From contig CANMRM010000004.1 in assembly GCA_947500295.1 (NCBI GenBank), positions 185,663 through 249,662 of the forward strand: a stretch of DNA of 64,000 bases, given 5' to 3'. The notes beneath the pieces are model-generated. The model ran no database searches, was not told where the DNA came from, and saw only the letters and a program-made list of their open reading frames with translations. This DNA is from an uncultured Kordiimonas sp. (GTDB lineage: Bacteria > Pseudomonadota > Alphaproteobacteria > Sphingomonadales > Kordiimonadaceae). How positions within the stretch are numbered: position 1 is the stretch's first letter; each line of letters starts with the position of its first letter. The position numbers and the translations under genes are program-made. Of this stretch, positions 53,892-64,000 are shown in pieces.

Positions 53892-54087
53892 TGATGGGCT
53901 CCTTACCAAAAGACTGTCGGCATGTACCCGAACAGATAGCAAGTTGGGCGGCTGTTGCAAGGGACCGAATGTATTTTGCCCTCAAGAACCACGAAAACCG
54001 ATGCCATTGCTGTTGTGAAACGCCAGGACCGAGTATAAAAAGAGCCTGAAACTCTCCAGTCAGCAACTCTACCAATCAGGCAGACAA

Positions 54088-55164
54088 ATGATGTCGCACG
54101 CTCAAGACGCAACAACAACGGTCAATAAACTGGTCATTCGGCGTCCGGATGACTGGCACGTACATTTGCGAGATGACGCCATGCTTGAAGCGGTGGCCAA
54201 TCACACGGCACGGCAATTCGCCCGGGCGATTATTATGCCCAATCTTGTGCCCCCGGTAACGACGGTTGCCGCTGCTTCAGCATACCGCAATCGCATACTG
54301 GAAGCGGTGGACGCGGCGTATGAATTCACGCCGTTGATGACCTGCTATTTGACCGATACCATTGATCCAACCGAAGTCCGAAACGGATTTGAGCAAGGCG
54401 TATTCACAGCTTGCAAGCTATATCCGGCAAACGCGACAACCAATTCCAGTCACGGCGTCACGGACGTAAAAAACATCTTCCCGGTTCTGGAGCAGATGCA
54501 AAAAATCGGCATGCCGCTCCTTGTGCATGGAGAAGTGACAGATGGCGACATCGATATATTTGACCGCGAGGCGGTGTTTATCGAGCGTGTTATGTCGCAA
54601 ATCGCCAACGCGTTTCCTGAACTCAAGGTGGTTTTTGAACATATAACAACATCCGACGCGGTAAATTTTGTGCTGGAGAGCGGTGTCAATGTTGCGGCCA
54701 CCGTCACGCCGCATCATCTGCAGTTTAATCGCAATGCCATGTTCCAGGGCGGTATGCGCCCACACTATTACTGTTTACCGGTTGCCAAGCGGGAGCAGCA
54801 CAGGCTTGCCCTCAGAAAGGCCGCAACGTCAGGTTCTGCAAAGTTTTTCTTAGGCACAGACTCGGCCCCCCATACTGTGGGCGCCAAGGAATCTGCGTGT
54901 GGTTGCGCTGGCATATTCAACGCCCCTCATGCACTGGAATGTTATGCAACCGTGTTTGAAGAGGAAAACTCGCTCGACAAACTGGAAGCGTTTGCATCGT
55001 TGAATGGGCCTGAGTTTTACGGCCTGCCAGTGAATGACACGCGGATAATTCTGGAGCGCACGCCCGGTGAGGTGCCGGAAAAACTGGATACTGTAGGGGG
55101 GGCAATCCTGCCATACCACGCAGGCGAAACCCTGCCATGGTCGTTTAAGGGCCTGGAGCGATAG
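54088..55164 (+). CDS. pyrC: dihydroorotase, homodimeric (E. coli) type
   Basis: DDWHVHLRD metal motif, LLVHGE, and about 350 aa in length. Confidence 0.95.
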   Translation: MMSHAQDATTTVNKLVIRRPDDWHVHLRDDAMLEAVANHTARQFARAIIMPNLVPPVTTVAAASAYRNRILEAVDAAYEFTPLMTCYLTDTIDPTEVRNGFEQGVFTACKLYPANATTNSSHGVTDVKNIFPVLEQMQKIGMPLLVHGEVTDGDIDIFDREAVFIERVMSQIANAFPELKVVFEHITTSDAVNFVLESGVNVAATVTPHHLQFNRNAMFQGGMRPHYYCLPVAKREQHRLALRKAATSGSAKFFLGTDSAPHTVGAKESACGCAGIFNAPHALECYATVFEEENSLDKLEAFASLNGPEFYGLPVNDTRIILERTPGEVPEKLDTVGGAILPYHAGETLPWSFKGLER

Positions 55165-55320
55165 TTGTCCTGACAAGCAGGACAGTTTCCCGCCGCGAAT
55201 TCCGGTGAAAATCCATTACATTTTTCTGATAAGTTTAACCGAAAAACGCAGAATCGGGGCCATTCGCAAAAAAGTCGATAAAATTGACGTGAAAACAAAC
55301 ATTTGCCCCATTTTGCCCGC

Positions 55321-55349
55321 TTGATCATACGGAAATCGCGTTCTATAGT
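55321..55349 (+). promoter_or_regulatory. candidate sigma-70 promoter for pal (TTGATC-N17-TATAGT)
   Basis: Hexamers and 17-nt spacing read directly, about 90 nt upstream of the pal ATG. Confidence 0.45.
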
Positions 55350-55436
55350 CGCCAGAGTTTGTGATCTGCGGCGTTTTGAGGTTCGCGGGGGAACAATGTT
55401 GTAAGCGGGGAAACCCATCTCACTGGAGGAGCGATA

Positions 55437-56012
55437 ATGACGTCCGTGCATCTGGGTAAAAAAATTCTGTTTGTTTCGGCGGCAGCTATGTTGCTGGCCG
55501 CATGCTCGAAGGAGCCGGAGCCACAGGTCTCAACTGGTGGTGCTGATGCTGGTGCTGAGGAATCAAGCTCCAATGGACAGCCGGATGCTGTCTCGACGCC
55601 AGAGGTGTCTGCAGACATTTTGAGAGAAAGAAACAATCGTGACAAATACGGCGCTTCAGCCAGCCAGTCAGCTCTGGAAGCTTTTGCAGGTGATCGTGTG
55701 TTTTTCGCCTATGACAGCTCTGAACTGACTGACGAGGCACGCAACACTCTGGCGATGCAGGCTGAATGGCTTGATTATCATAGTCGTGCACGCGTCACGG
55801 TTGAAGGCCACTGCGATGAGCGCGGCACCCGGGAATACAACCTCGCTCTGGGCGAGCGGCGCGCGAGCGCTGTGAAGAGCTACCTTATGGCTCTTGGTGT
55901 TTCCGCAAGCCGGATCAACACTATCAGTTATGGTAAAGAACGCCCCGCTGTTGTCGGCAACGGCGAATCCTCGTGGAGCCAGAACCGTCGCGGGGTTATG
56001 TCGGTTAATTAA
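55437..56012 (+). CDS. pal: peptidoglycan-associated lipoprotein Pal
   Basis: Lipobox LLAAC-S. OmpA-like domain with FAYDSSELT, EGHCDERGTREYNLALGERRA and NRR. Confidence 0.9.
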   Translation: MTSVHLGKKILFVSAAAMLLAACSKEPEPQVSTGGADAGAEESSSNGQPDAVSTPEVSADILRERNNRDKYGASASQSALEAFAGDRVFFAYDSSELTDEARNTLAMQAEWLDYHSRARVTVEGHCDERGTREYNLALGERRASAVKSYLMALGVSASRINTISYGKERPAVVGNGESSWSQNRRGVMSVN

Positions 56013-56031
56013 TAGGCTTTGAGTTTCAAGC

Positions 56032-56074
56032 ACGGCCCCGTGTCCGGAAGTCCGGTGCGGGGCCGTCTTTTTTT
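56032..56074 (+). terminator. rho-independent terminator between pal and cpoB
   Basis: ACGGCCCCG...CGGGGCCGT stem followed by CTTTTTTT. Confidence 0.7.
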
Positions 56075-56134
56075 AGTCGAATTGAATTGGTATCAATCCT
56101 GATAACCGATCTACGCTTTGGAAAGAGGTGAACG

Positions 56135-57037
56135 ATGCGATTTGTTGGCGCTGCTGGTTTTGCTGTGATGATGTTTATGGGCTTCTCTACTCCTGTGTTG
56201 GCGCAAAGCAGTCCGGCTGTCATGAATGAACGCATCGAAACGCTCGAGCGCCAATTGAGGTTGCTTCAGCGGCGTCTGAGCGGAGGGCAGGTTGCCGCCA
56301 CCACAGACAGTGTCGACTCGGGATCACCCGCGGTATCTGACCGGAGGTTACTTGCAGACATTTCCGCAAAGCTCGGCACCCTTGAACGGCAAATTCGTCA
56401 GTTGAATGGACGGCTGGAAGAATTTGAATATCAGCAGAACGAGTTGTCATCCAGAGTAGAGCAACTGGCTGTAATGCAGGCAGAACAGAATGCACGTCAG
56501 TTTTCAGCTGATAATGCTGCTGCATTGCCGTCTGCGCCAGTCGGCGAGAGCACTCAGCCGGTGATTGATTCAGCAGGAGGCGAAACACTGACTACCTTGC
56601 CGGTGGAGGAGCCTGACGAGACGCCGGGCGTTGAATTGCCGGAGGGGTCTGCAGCCGAGCGCTACAGTTACGCGTTTGGGTTTGTGCGAAGCAATGACCT
56701 GGACAGTGGTCGCATTGCGATGGAACAGTTTCTGGATGTTCATGGCGACGATTCTCAGGCTGCAAACGCCAAGTTCTGGCTGGGCCGAATTCATATGCAG
56801 CAGGGGCGCAATGCGGAAGCGGCTCAAATGTTTTTGCGGCTTATCGAAGAGCATCCCAACCATAATCGGCGTGGCGACTCGCTCGTGGATCTTGCCGACG
56901 TTCTGATCAACCTGGATGCGGCCGAAGATGCCTGCAACGCGCTTGCTGAATTTCGCCGTATCGAAAACGAAGCCTCGGATCGCTTAAAGGCTAACGCTCG
57001 TCGTTTGTCTGACCGGGCACGGTGCAATCTCTTTTGA
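56135..57037 (+). CDS. cpoB: Tol-Pal system protein CpoB/YbgF
   Basis: Signal peptide, coiled-coil N-domain (LERQLRLLQRRL, LERQIRQLNGRLEE) and C-terminal TPR region. Position directly after pal. Confidence 0.8.
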   Translation: MRFVGAAGFAVMMFMGFSTPVLAQSSPAVMNERIETLERQLRLLQRRLSGGQVAATTDSVDSGSPAVSDRRLLADISAKLGTLERQIRQLNGRLEEFEYQQNELSSRVEQLAVMQAEQNARQFSADNAAALPSAPVGESTQPVIDSAGGETLTTLPVEEPDETPGVELPEGSAAERYSYAFGFVRSNDLDSGRIAMEQFLDVHGDDSQAANAKFWLGRIHMQQGRNAEAAQMFLRLIEEHPNHNRRGDSLVDLADVLINLDAAEDACNALAEFRRIENEASDRLKANARRLSDRARCNLF

Positions 57038-58356
57038 ACGATGAGACGCACACTATCGCTGAAGCGGCACTTTCCAGGCGTTTCCTTCGTGACCAATTAG
57101 CATTGCTGGACGTCGGGCCCGGCAGTCGGCTGGCCGTTGCCGTCTCTGGTGGTGCCGACAGCATGTGCCTGGCTCATCTGGCAAGCGACCATGAAAACTC
57201 TGTTGCCCTCATTGTTGATCATGGGCTGCGTGCAGGTTCCGCCAACGAAGCACAGACAGTCAAAACCCGCCTGGAGGAAATTGGCCTTGAGTGCCATGTT
57301 CTGACATGGCCTCATGGTGGGGCGCCGACGAGTAACATCCAGTCAACCGCCCGGGAAGCGCGTTATGAATTGATGCGACAATGGTGTGTCGAGCATAAAA
57401 TCCCCTATTTGTTAACCGCGCATCATCAGGACGATCAGGCGGAGACGGTCGTATTGCGACTGGCGAGAGGCAGTGGTGTTTATGGGCTTGCAGGCATGGC
57501 GCCCACACGCGACCTGGGCGATGGTATAACCCTGGTAAGGCCTTTCCTGACGGTTTCCAAAAACCGACTGGTAGCAACGTGCCAACAGGCTGACCTCACA
57601 TGGGTGGAAGACCCCAGCAATCAAAATCGCGATTTCGAAAGGGTGAAAGTTCGGGAGTTTCTCGGGTCATCTGTGCTGACGGGGCTAACGACTGACAGAT
57701 TGGCGGAAACTGCTGCCCGACTGCGACGAACACGCGATGCGATAGAGTATTATGAGAGTGAATGGTTGCGGCACGCTGCAGCTTTTCATGACGCCGGCTA
57801 TGTTGGCATCGAGACAGAGGCTTTTTCTCGCGCACCGGAAGAGATAACGCTCCGGGGTCTTGTTCAGGTCATTCGTTTTGCAGGTGGAGGAGACTACGCT
57901 CCTCGCTTTGAAAAACTGGAGCGATTGTGGGCTGCTTTGCAAAGCCCGGATTTTAAAGGTGCGACACTGGGAGGTGTTGTGTTTTCACCGGACCGTGCAG
58001 GTTTTGTGTTGGCGATGCGCGAACCCTCTGCGGTGTCTGCCACTCAGCCGGTTATTGCCACCAACGTCTGGGACAATCGTTACAAGGTACATGATGTGGA
58101 CCCAGCGGCTCACAAAGACATGCTGATTGGTGTCGTTGGTGTCGATGGCTTGAATTTGATTGAGACAGAGATGTCTGGTGTGCCAGACATTCCCAAGGCT
58201 GCGGCACGCGTCGCGCCTGCTTTCTTTAAAGCGGGGAGATTGATTGCTGCCCCGCATTTGGGTTATAGTGATCCAAACGAAAAGGTACCGGTTTTAACCC
58301 ATCGTTGGCTCACTTCATCTAAAACCGGTAAAAAAACGTATCGTGGTGTGCAATAA
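57022..58356 (+). CDS. tilS: tRNA(Ile)-lysidine synthetase
   Basis: PP-loop VAVSGGADS, HHQDDQAET. GTG start overlaps the cpoB end. Confidence 0.9.
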   Translation: MQSLLNDETHTIAEAALSRRFLRDQLALLDVGPGSRLAVAVSGGADSMCLAHLASDHENSVALIVDHGLRAGSANEAQTVKTRLEEIGLECHVLTWPHGGAPTSNIQSTAREARYELMRQWCVEHKIPYLLTAHHQDDQAETVVLRLARGSGVYGLAGMAPTRDLGDGITLVRPFLTVSKNRLVATCQQADLTWVEDPSNQNRDFERVKVREFLGSSVLTGLTTDRLAETAARLRRTRDAIEYYESEWLRHAAAFHDAGYVGIETEAFSRAPEEITLRGLVQVIRFAGGGDYAPRFEKLERLWAALQSPDFKGATLGGVVFSPDRAGFVLAMREPSAVSATQPVIATNVWDNRYKVHDVDPAAHKDMLIGVVGVDGLNLIETEMSGVPDIPKAAARVAPAFFKAGRLIAAPHLGYSDPNEKVPVLTHRWLTSSKTGKKTYRGVQ

Positions 58357-58456
58357 GCCCTTGTACCGCGAGGCATTGAGCTTATCTCAGAACGTAAGAC
58401 TCGTGTGTCAAATGGGTTAAATGCGCGCGCCTCGTGCCGCAGCGAAAGGTAGTATA

Positions 58457-60367
58457 GTGAACGGTTTCATGCGTAACGCGTTGGTGTGGGGTGTGATCAT
58501 CCTCATGCTGTTTGCGCTTTTCAACATGTTCCAGGGTGGCAATAGCCGCCAGCCGGAAATGGGCTATTCCGAGTTTATCCAGGCTGTTGAAAATAACGAT
58601 GTAGCCCAGGCAGAGATTGCCGGACAAGACATCAAGATCACACTGAAGAACGGTGAAATTCGCCAGTCAGTAATGCCGAACTTCCATCCTGATCTTTTCA
58701 ACATCCTCAAAGATAACGGTGTTCAATATAAACTCGTCAAGGAAGATAGCGGCGTCTTTACAGCGGCTATTTTGTCCTGGCTCCCGTTTTTGTTGATTAT
58801 CGGTATCTGGATATTCTTCATGCGCCAGATGCAGGGCAAAGGCGGTGGCGGTGGCGCCATGGGCTTTGGCAAGTCACGAGCGCGCCTGCTGACGGAAAAG
58901 CAGGGCCGTGTAACATTTGAGGATGTTGCCGGTATTGAGGAAGCCAAGGAAGAACTTGAAGAAATCGTCGATTTTCTGAAAGACCCGCAAAAATTTCAGC
59001 GCCTGGGCGGCAAAATCCCCAAGGGTGCGCTTCTGGTTGGCCCTCCGGGCACAGGTAAAACCCTGCTCGCCCGCGCTATTGCAGGCGAGGCCAACGTTCC
59101 GTTCTTTACTATTTCAGGGTCGGATTTTGTCGAAATGTTCGTCGGTGTTGGCGCCAGCCGTGTCCGCGACATGTTCGAGCAAGCCAAGAAAAACGCGCCC
59201 TGTATCATTTTCATCGACGAGATCGACGCTGTCGGTCGCCATCGGGGCGCTGGCCTTGGCGGCGGCAATGACGAGCGCGAGCAAACGCTGAACCAGCTGC
59301 TTGTCGAGATGGATGGTTTTGAAGCCAATGAGGGCATTATCATCGTTGCCGCAACCAACCGGCCAGATGTGCTTGATCCAGCGCTGTTGCGTCCTGGCCG
59401 TTTTGACCGTCAGGTGGTTGTGCCAAATCCGGATATCGATGGCCGGGAAAAAATCCTTGGTGTTCATATCAGAAAAGTGCCGCTGGCACCTGATGTTGAT
59501 ATCAACACGGTTGCCCGTGGAACGCCCGGCTTTTCCGGCGCAGACCTGATGAACCTGGTGAACGAGGCAGCCCTTCTGGCTGCGCGTCGGGGCAAGAAAA
59601 TCGTCTCCATGCAGGAGTTCGAGGATGCCAAGGACAAAGTGATGATGGGTACTGAGCGCCGCTCGATGGTCATGACCGATGACGAGAAAAAGCTCACCGC
59701 CTACCACGAAGGTGGACACGCGCTTGTCGCGTTGCATTGTCCAACGTCAGACCCTATCCACAAAGCAACCATTATTCCACGTGGCAGAGCCCTTGGCATG
59801 GTGATGCGCTTGCCGGAACGGGATCAGTATTCCCAGAGCCGCCAGAAAATGCATGACAACCTTGCAGTTGCAATGGGCGGACGTGTTGCTGAAGAAATCA
59901 TTTTCGGTCATGACGCGGTCACGTCTGGAGCGGCGAGCGACATCCAGTATGCAACAAGCCTTGCGCGCAGCATGGTGACACAATGGGGCATGTCGGAAAA
60001 ACTTGGCCCGCTTCAGTATGCTGCGAATGAGGAAGAGGTTTTCCTTGGTCATTCGGTTGCCAAGCAACAGAATATGTCCGATGAAACATCGAATATGATC
60101 GATGAGGAAATCAAGGCATTTGTTGGTGGTGCCAACGACCGGGCAACCAAAATCCTCAAGGACAATCTTGATGATCTTCATACGCTCGCCAAAGCGCTTC
60201 TGGAGTATGAGACGCTTTCCGGTGACGAGATTGATGCGCTTCTTAAAGGTGAGCCGATCAAGGTTAAGCCAGAGAAACCAGATGACACAACCAAAACGCC
60301 TCCGCGTAGATCCAGTGCTGTGCCGACGGCCGGTGTCGGTCAAGGTGAACCCCAGCCGGAAGGCTAG
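58457..60367 (+). CDS. ftsH: ATP-dependent zinc metalloprotease FtsH
   Basis: Two TM segments, Walker [12 protein letters not shown] region and the zinc motif HEGGHA. I prefer the GTG start at 58457 ([12 protein letters not shown]) over the ORF start 58421. Confidence 0.95.
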   Translation: MNGFMRNALVWGVIILMLFALFNMFQGGNSRQPEMGYSEFIQAVENNDVAQAEIAGQDIKITLKNGEIRQSVMPNFHPDLFNILKDNGVQYKLVKEDSGVFTAAILSWLPFLLIIGIWIFFMRQMQGKGGGGGAMGFGKSRARLLTEKQGRVTFEDVAGIEEAKEELEEIVDFLKDPQKFQRLGGKIPKGALLVGPPGTGKTLLARAIAGEANVPFFTISGSDFVEMFVGVGASRVRDMFEQAKKNAPCIIFIDEIDAVGRHRGAGLGGGNDEREQTLNQLLVEMDGFEANEGIIIVAATNRPDVLDPALLRPGRFDRQVVVPNPDIDGREKILGVHIRKVPLAPDVDINTVARGTPGFSGADLMNLVNEAALLAARRGKKIVSMQEFEDAKDKVMMGTERRSMVMTDDEKKLTAYHEGGHALVALHCPTSDPIHKATIIPRGRALGMVMRLPERDQYSQSRQKMHDNLAVAMGGRVAEEIIFGHDAVTSGAASDIQYATSLARSMVTQWGMSEKLGPLQYAANEEEVFLGHSVAKQQNMSDETSNMIDEEIKAFVGGANDRATKILKDNLDDLHTLAKALLEYETLSGDEIDALLKGEPIKVKPEKPDDTTKTPPRRSSAVPTAGVGQGEPQPEG

Positions 60368-60369
60368 GC

Positions 60370-61506
60370 TTGGTGTCTGCTGATTTTTTGAACCAAATTC
60401 CCGACGGGTCGATACTGTATGTGCGGCCCGTCGGTTTTGTTTCTGCCCGCCATGCAGACGGTGCTGCCTCTTTCGACTACCGCCAGTCAGGCCGCAGGTT
60501 TACTGGCTTTGTGCTCTATGCCAGAGACGGCGAAAACCGTTTGCACGCAGGTTTTGTCGCCGCCGGCCAGGTTGGCGATATCGAGAACACCCTGGGTACT
60601 GAGGCAGCCGAAAGCGTCACAAAACAGCTTCATTTTCTGAGCGAGGCACATTCTGCCCTGGATCTTGCCAACGGCAAGTCACTCACCTTCACCCGTCCTC
60701 TGGTGATGGGTGTGCTGAACGTTACTCCGGACAGTTTTTCTGATGGCGGTAAGTTTCTGGACACCAATATTGCGGTGCGTCATGCACGGGCAATGGCGGC
60801 GGCCGGGGCGGATATCATCGACATTGGGGGCGAATCAACCCGGCCGGGTGCCACACCGGTTTGGGAGGGCGAGGAAGCCGAGCGAATTGTGCCTGTTATT
60901 CAGGCTCTGTCAGATGAAGGTGTTGCGCTCTCAGTTGACAGCCGCAACGCATTCGTCATGGAAAAAGCTGCGGGTGCCGGTGCACACATTATCAACGATG
61001 TGTCTGCGCTTACCCATGACCCTGAAAGCCTCGATCTTGCAGCGCGCCTTGGTTTGCCGGTTGTGTTGATGCATGCACAGGGAGATCCCCGCACCATGCA
61101 GGATGACCCTGTTTATGATCATGCGCTTTTGGATGTTTATGACTATCTTGCAGCGAGAATTCGGGCATGCGAGGTGGCAGGCATCGAAAGAAAGAACATT
61201 ATCATAGATCCGGGTATTGGTTTCGGTAAACGCGTGGTGCAGGACAATCTGGATTTGATCAACGGCCTTCTGCTCTTTCAGACGCTTGGCTGCCCGGTGT
61301 TGCTGGGGGCTTCGCGCAAACGATTTATCGGCGCGATTACTGGTGTTGAAACGGTAGGTGAGCGCTTGGCTGGCTCCCTGGCAGCTGCCATCAAGGCAGC
61401 AGAGTTAGGCGCAAACATCGTGCGTGTTCACGATGTACGGGAAACGGCTGAAGCCATGAAACTGATTCAAGCGTCTTTGGATGCATCTGCGATGGACGGA
61501 CTCTAA
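60370..61506 (+). CDS. folP: dihydropteroate synthase with about 105 aa N-terminal extension
   Basis: Pterin-binding domain starts at MGVLNVTPDSFSDGG, followed by DIGGESTRPG. The preceding about 105 residues have no recognised motif. TTG or GTG start lies just after the ftsH stop. Confidence 0.9.
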   Translation: MVSADFLNQIPDGSILYVRPVGFVSARHADGAASFDYRQSGRRFTGFVLYARDGENRLHAGFVAAGQVGDIENTLGTEAAESVTKQLHFLSEAHSALDLANGKSLTFTRPLVMGVLNVTPDSFSDGGKFLDTNIAVRHARAMAAAGADIIDIGGESTRPGATPVWEGEEAERIVPVIQALSDEGVALSVDSRNAFVMEKAAGAGAHIINDVSALTHDPESLDLAARLGLPVVLMHAQGDPRTMQDDPVYDHALLDVYDYLAARIRACEVAGIERKNIIIDPGIGFGKRVVQDNLDLINGLLLFQTLGCPVLLGASRKRFIGAITGVETVGERLAGSLAAAIKAAELGANIVRVHDVRETAEAMKLIQASLDASAMDGL

Positions 61507-61557
61507 AGAGCAAGCTAGACTGCCGCCCGGTTTTGGGTTGATAGGGGAAAACTTGAT

Positions 61558-62901
61558 ATGAGCCGCAAGTACTTCGGCACCGACGGCATTCGCGGTCGTG
61601 TTAACCATAAGCATATGACGCCGGACGTTGCCATGCGTGTGGGCCTCGCTGCCGGTCGGGTTTTCAAACGGGGTGAACATGTGCACCGGGTGGTTATCGG
61701 CAAGGATACGCGCCGTTCCGGTTATATGTATGAGCCGGCGCTTGCGGCCGGCTTCGTTGCAGCCGGCATGGATGTTGTGATGGTAGGGCCGATGCCAACG
61801 CCCGCGGTCGCTATGCTGGTGCGCTCGCTCAGGGCGGACTTGGGTGTCATGATCTCGGCAAGCCACAATCCGCACTATGATAATGGACTGAAGTTTTTTG
61901 GGCCGGATGGATTCAAACTTTCTGACGACACCGAACTTGAAATTGAACACCTGCTCGACAATGGCTGCAATGATGTTCTTGTGGACAGCAGCGCGCTTGG
62001 CAAGGCTTCGCGGCTGGAAAGCGCCCGCGGTCGCTATGTGGAATTTGCCAAGGCAACGGTACCGTCAGGCGGTTCGTTTGATGGTCTGAAAGTCGTGGTT
62101 GATTGCGCTAACGGCGCTGCCTACAAGGTTGCGCCTGACGTTCTCTGGGAACTTGGTGCCGACGTTGTTTCGATGGGGGTGAACCCCAATGGTTTCAATA
62201 TCAACGACCAGTGCGGGTCTACCTATCCGGAGGCCATGTGCAAACGTGTTATAGAAGAAGGTGCCGATATCGGCGTGGCCCTTGACGGTGACGCGGATCG
62301 CCTGATTCTTTGTGACGAAAAAGGTCGGATTGTTGACGGCGACCAGATCATGGCGCTGATTACGCGAAACTGGGCCGCACGCGGTGCCTTGAAAGGTGGA
62401 GGTCTTGTCTCCACTGTCATGTCCAACCTCGGTCTGGAGCGACTTCTCGAGAGCGAAAACCTGAAGCTGGAGCGGACAAAAGTTGGCGACAGATATGTCG
62501 TCGAGCGCATGCGCAGTCGTGGTATGAACGTTGGCGGGGAGCAGTCAGGGCACATTGTGCTGTCCGATTTTTCCACGACGGGTGACGGGATTATTTCCGC
62601 CCTTCAGGTTATGGCAGAGATTGTACAATCCGGTGTTACTGCGTCCGCCGCCTGCAGTCAGTTTGAACCTGTACCCCAGACATTGAAAAGTGTGCGTTAC
62701 AAGGTGGATGACCCCTTGTCGATGCCGCAGGTCAAAAAGGCAATTGCCGATGCCGAAGAGGGCCTGAAGGGCTCGGGCAGGCTCGTGATCCGCAAGTCTG
62801 GAACCGAGCCGCTGGTGCGAGTGATGGCGGAAGGCGATGACGCCGATCTTGTGATTAAATATGTGGACAGCATTTGCCACGAGGTGGAGACAGCGGCTTG
62901 A
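61558..62901 (+). CDS. glmM: phosphoglucosamine mutase
   Basis: YFGTDGIRG, phosphoserine loop SASHNP, and DGDADR. Confidence 0.95.
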   Translation: MSRKYFGTDGIRGRVNHKHMTPDVAMRVGLAAGRVFKRGEHVHRVVIGKDTRRSGYMYEPALAAGFVAAGMDVVMVGPMPTPAVAMLVRSLRADLGVMISASHNPHYDNGLKFFGPDGFKLSDDTELEIEHLLDNGCNDVLVDSSALGKASRLESARGRYVEFAKATVPSGGSFDGLKVVVDCANGAAYKVAPDVLWELGADVVSMGVNPNGFNINDQCGSTYPEAMCKRVIEEGADIGVALDGDADRLILCDEKGRIVDGDQIMALITRNWAARGALKGGGLVSTVMSNLGLERLLESENLKLERTKVGDRYVVERMRSRGMNVGGEQSGHIVLSDFSTTGDGIISALQVMAEIVQSGVTASAACSQFEPVPQTLKSVRYKVDDPLSMPQVKKAIADAEEGLKGSGRLVIRKSGTEPLVRVMAEGDDADLVIKYVDSICHEVETAA

Positions 62902-62903
62902 CG

Positions 62904-63731
62904 ATGAAAGCCGACGGTATGGGCACTCACGCGATGGGGCGCGTTCTGGTGATTGCCGGTTCAGACCCGTCTGGTGGTGCAGGAATTCAAGCAGATATCA
63001 AAACAATTACCATGCTGGGCCAGTATGCCGCCACGGCAATTACCGCATTGACCGTTCAGAATACCGTAGGTGTCAAGGAAGCAATAGGCACTCAGCCGAG
63101 GGTTGTACGTGCTCAAGTGGAAGCAGTGCTGGAAGACGTTGGTGCCGATGCAGTCAAAACCGGCATGTTACATTCAGCGGACCTTGTGGCGGAAGTTGTG
63201 TCGATACTCCGTGATGCTGAATTTGCTGGCCCGGTTGTCGTTGACCCTGTGATGGTGGCGTCGTCTGGTGACAGGCTTCTTGACGACAGGGCAGTGTCAC
63301 TTATCCAAAATGAATTGATCCCTCTTGCAGCGCTGGTGACACCGAACCTGCCCGAAGCACAGGTGCTGACCGGTAAAGCCGTGGAGAGCAACGAGGAGAT
63401 GCAGGATGCCGGCCGCATGATATTGGACATGGGTGCAGGAGCCGTTTTGATGAAAGGCGGTCATCAGAGTACTTCGACCCTTACCGACTTTTTAATGACA
63501 CCGGAGACAACTTTTTCTTTGTCTGCGCCTAAAGTCGATACACGGCACACGCACGGAACTGGTTGCAGTTTTGCCAGTGCGTTTGCCGCTTTGCTGGCAG
63601 CGGGCCATTCGCTGGACGAAGCATTTCCGATTGCACATGCGTTCATTCAGGAAGCTATCGCCCGGGCTCCCGGATTTGGTGCAGGCCACGGACCGCTTGG
63701 TCACGCTCGGGTGGGGCGCAATGGCAATTGA
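62904..63731 (+). CDS. thiD: bifunctional hydroxymethylpyrimidine/phosphomethylpyrimidine kinase
   Basis: VLVIAGSDPSGGAGIQADIKT and the C-terminal GTGCSFASA. Start is set at the ATG 3 nt after the glmM stop. Confidence 0.9.
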   Translation: MKADGMGTHAMGRVLVIAGSDPSGGAGIQADIKTITMLGQYAATAITALTVQNTVGVKEAIGTQPRVVRAQVEAVLEDVGADAVKTGMLHSADLVAEVVSILRDAEFAGPVVVDPVMVASSGDRLLDDRAVSLIQNELIPLAALVTPNLPEAQVLTGKAVESNEEMQDAGRMILDMGAGAVLMKGGHQSTSTLTDFLMTPETTFSLSAPKVDTRHTHGTGCSFASAFAALLAAGHSLDEAFPIAHAFIQEAIARAPGFGAGHGPLGHARVGRNGN

Positions 63732-64000
63732 ACTTTACGCCCGTAGGAAGGGTGACGGTCCCTGGCTGATTATGCTGCATGGTCTTTTCGGCTCTGGCGA
63801 TAATCTTGGCGGGCTTGCTCGCCTGCTTGAAGCCAACTACCGCATTCTCCTTCTGGACTTACGCAATCATGGTCGCAGCCCACATGCCCCTGAAATGGCG
63901 TACGTTGACATGGCACAAGACGTGTTTGAGGCGATGGACCGGCATGACATTGAGAAAGCTATTGTTTTTGGCCACTCCATGGGGGGGAAGGTCGCGATGC
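63721..64000 (+). CDS. alpha/beta hydrolase (YbfF-like esterase), 5' part only, truncated by the window end
   Basis: My own translation gives MAIELYARRKGDGPWLIMLHGLFGSGDNLG...IVFGHSMGGKVAM, with an HG oxyanion motif and a GHSMGG nucleophile elbow. Overlaps the thiD stop. Confidence 0.7.
   Translation, partial: MAIELYARRKGDGPWLIMLHGLFGSGDNLGGLARLLEANYRILLLDLRNHGRSPHAPEMAYVDMAQDVFEAMDRHDIEKAIVFGHSMGGKVAM

Noticed and set aside
1-64000. CRISPR arrays, tRNA/rRNA genes, IS elements, integrases, prophage or toxin-antitoxin modules, and full CtrA boxes (TTAA-N7-TTAA) in cell-division promoters
   Set aside because: Reading all intergenic regions over 40 nt by eye, I found no regularly spaced direct repeats, no cloverleaf-like segments and no transposase or integrase-like ORFs. 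Only a half-match to a CtrA box turned up (TTAA-N7-ATTA near 10744). A computational scan (tRNAscan, Infernal, IS databases) would be needed to be definitive.

Overview
This window reads as a chromosomal segment of an alphaproteobacterium with moderate GC. The assignment rests on gene order: mraZ-rsmH-ftsL-ftsI-mur-fts, uvrC-pgsA-moaD-moaE, glyQ-glyS-ppdK and pal-cpoB-tilS-ftsH-folP-glmM. I support about 55 protein-coding genes, mostly housekeeping. By eye I found no rRNA, tRNA, CRISPR array, transposase or integrase.

Main blocks:
- 10.9-26.8 kb: a tightly packed, translationally coupled dcw cell-division and cell-wall cluster. It lacks murF and ddl at their usual positions.
- 26.8-32.6 kb: moaE, moaD, pgsA, uvrC, folB, an SDR and a CaCA antiporter.
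- 32.7-37.1 kb: a minus-strand operon of an M14 carboxypeptidase, an unknown secreted protein and a 2-hydroxyacid dehydrogenase.
- 37.3-64 kb: rpmF, nadAC, ispB, map, glyQS, ppdK, pyrC, pal-cpoB, tilS, ftsH, folP, glmM, thiD and others.

The only clearly accessory part is the left 10.9 kb:
- an orphan beta-propeller sensor kinase co-transcribed with a signal-less S8 protease
- a divergent, translationally coupled APH-like kinase plus HopA1-like protein pair
- a multi-receiver hybrid histidine kinase
- a 1.3 kb AT-rich gap before mraZ

The best candidate for an undescribed system is the kinase plus HopA1-like pair. It resembles class V lanthipeptide-type Ser/Thr dehydration machinery but has no precursor, cyclase or transporter. 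It is embedded in sensor kinases and sits next to a subtilisin-like protease.

All functional calls come from motif recognition in the supplied translations. No database search was run.
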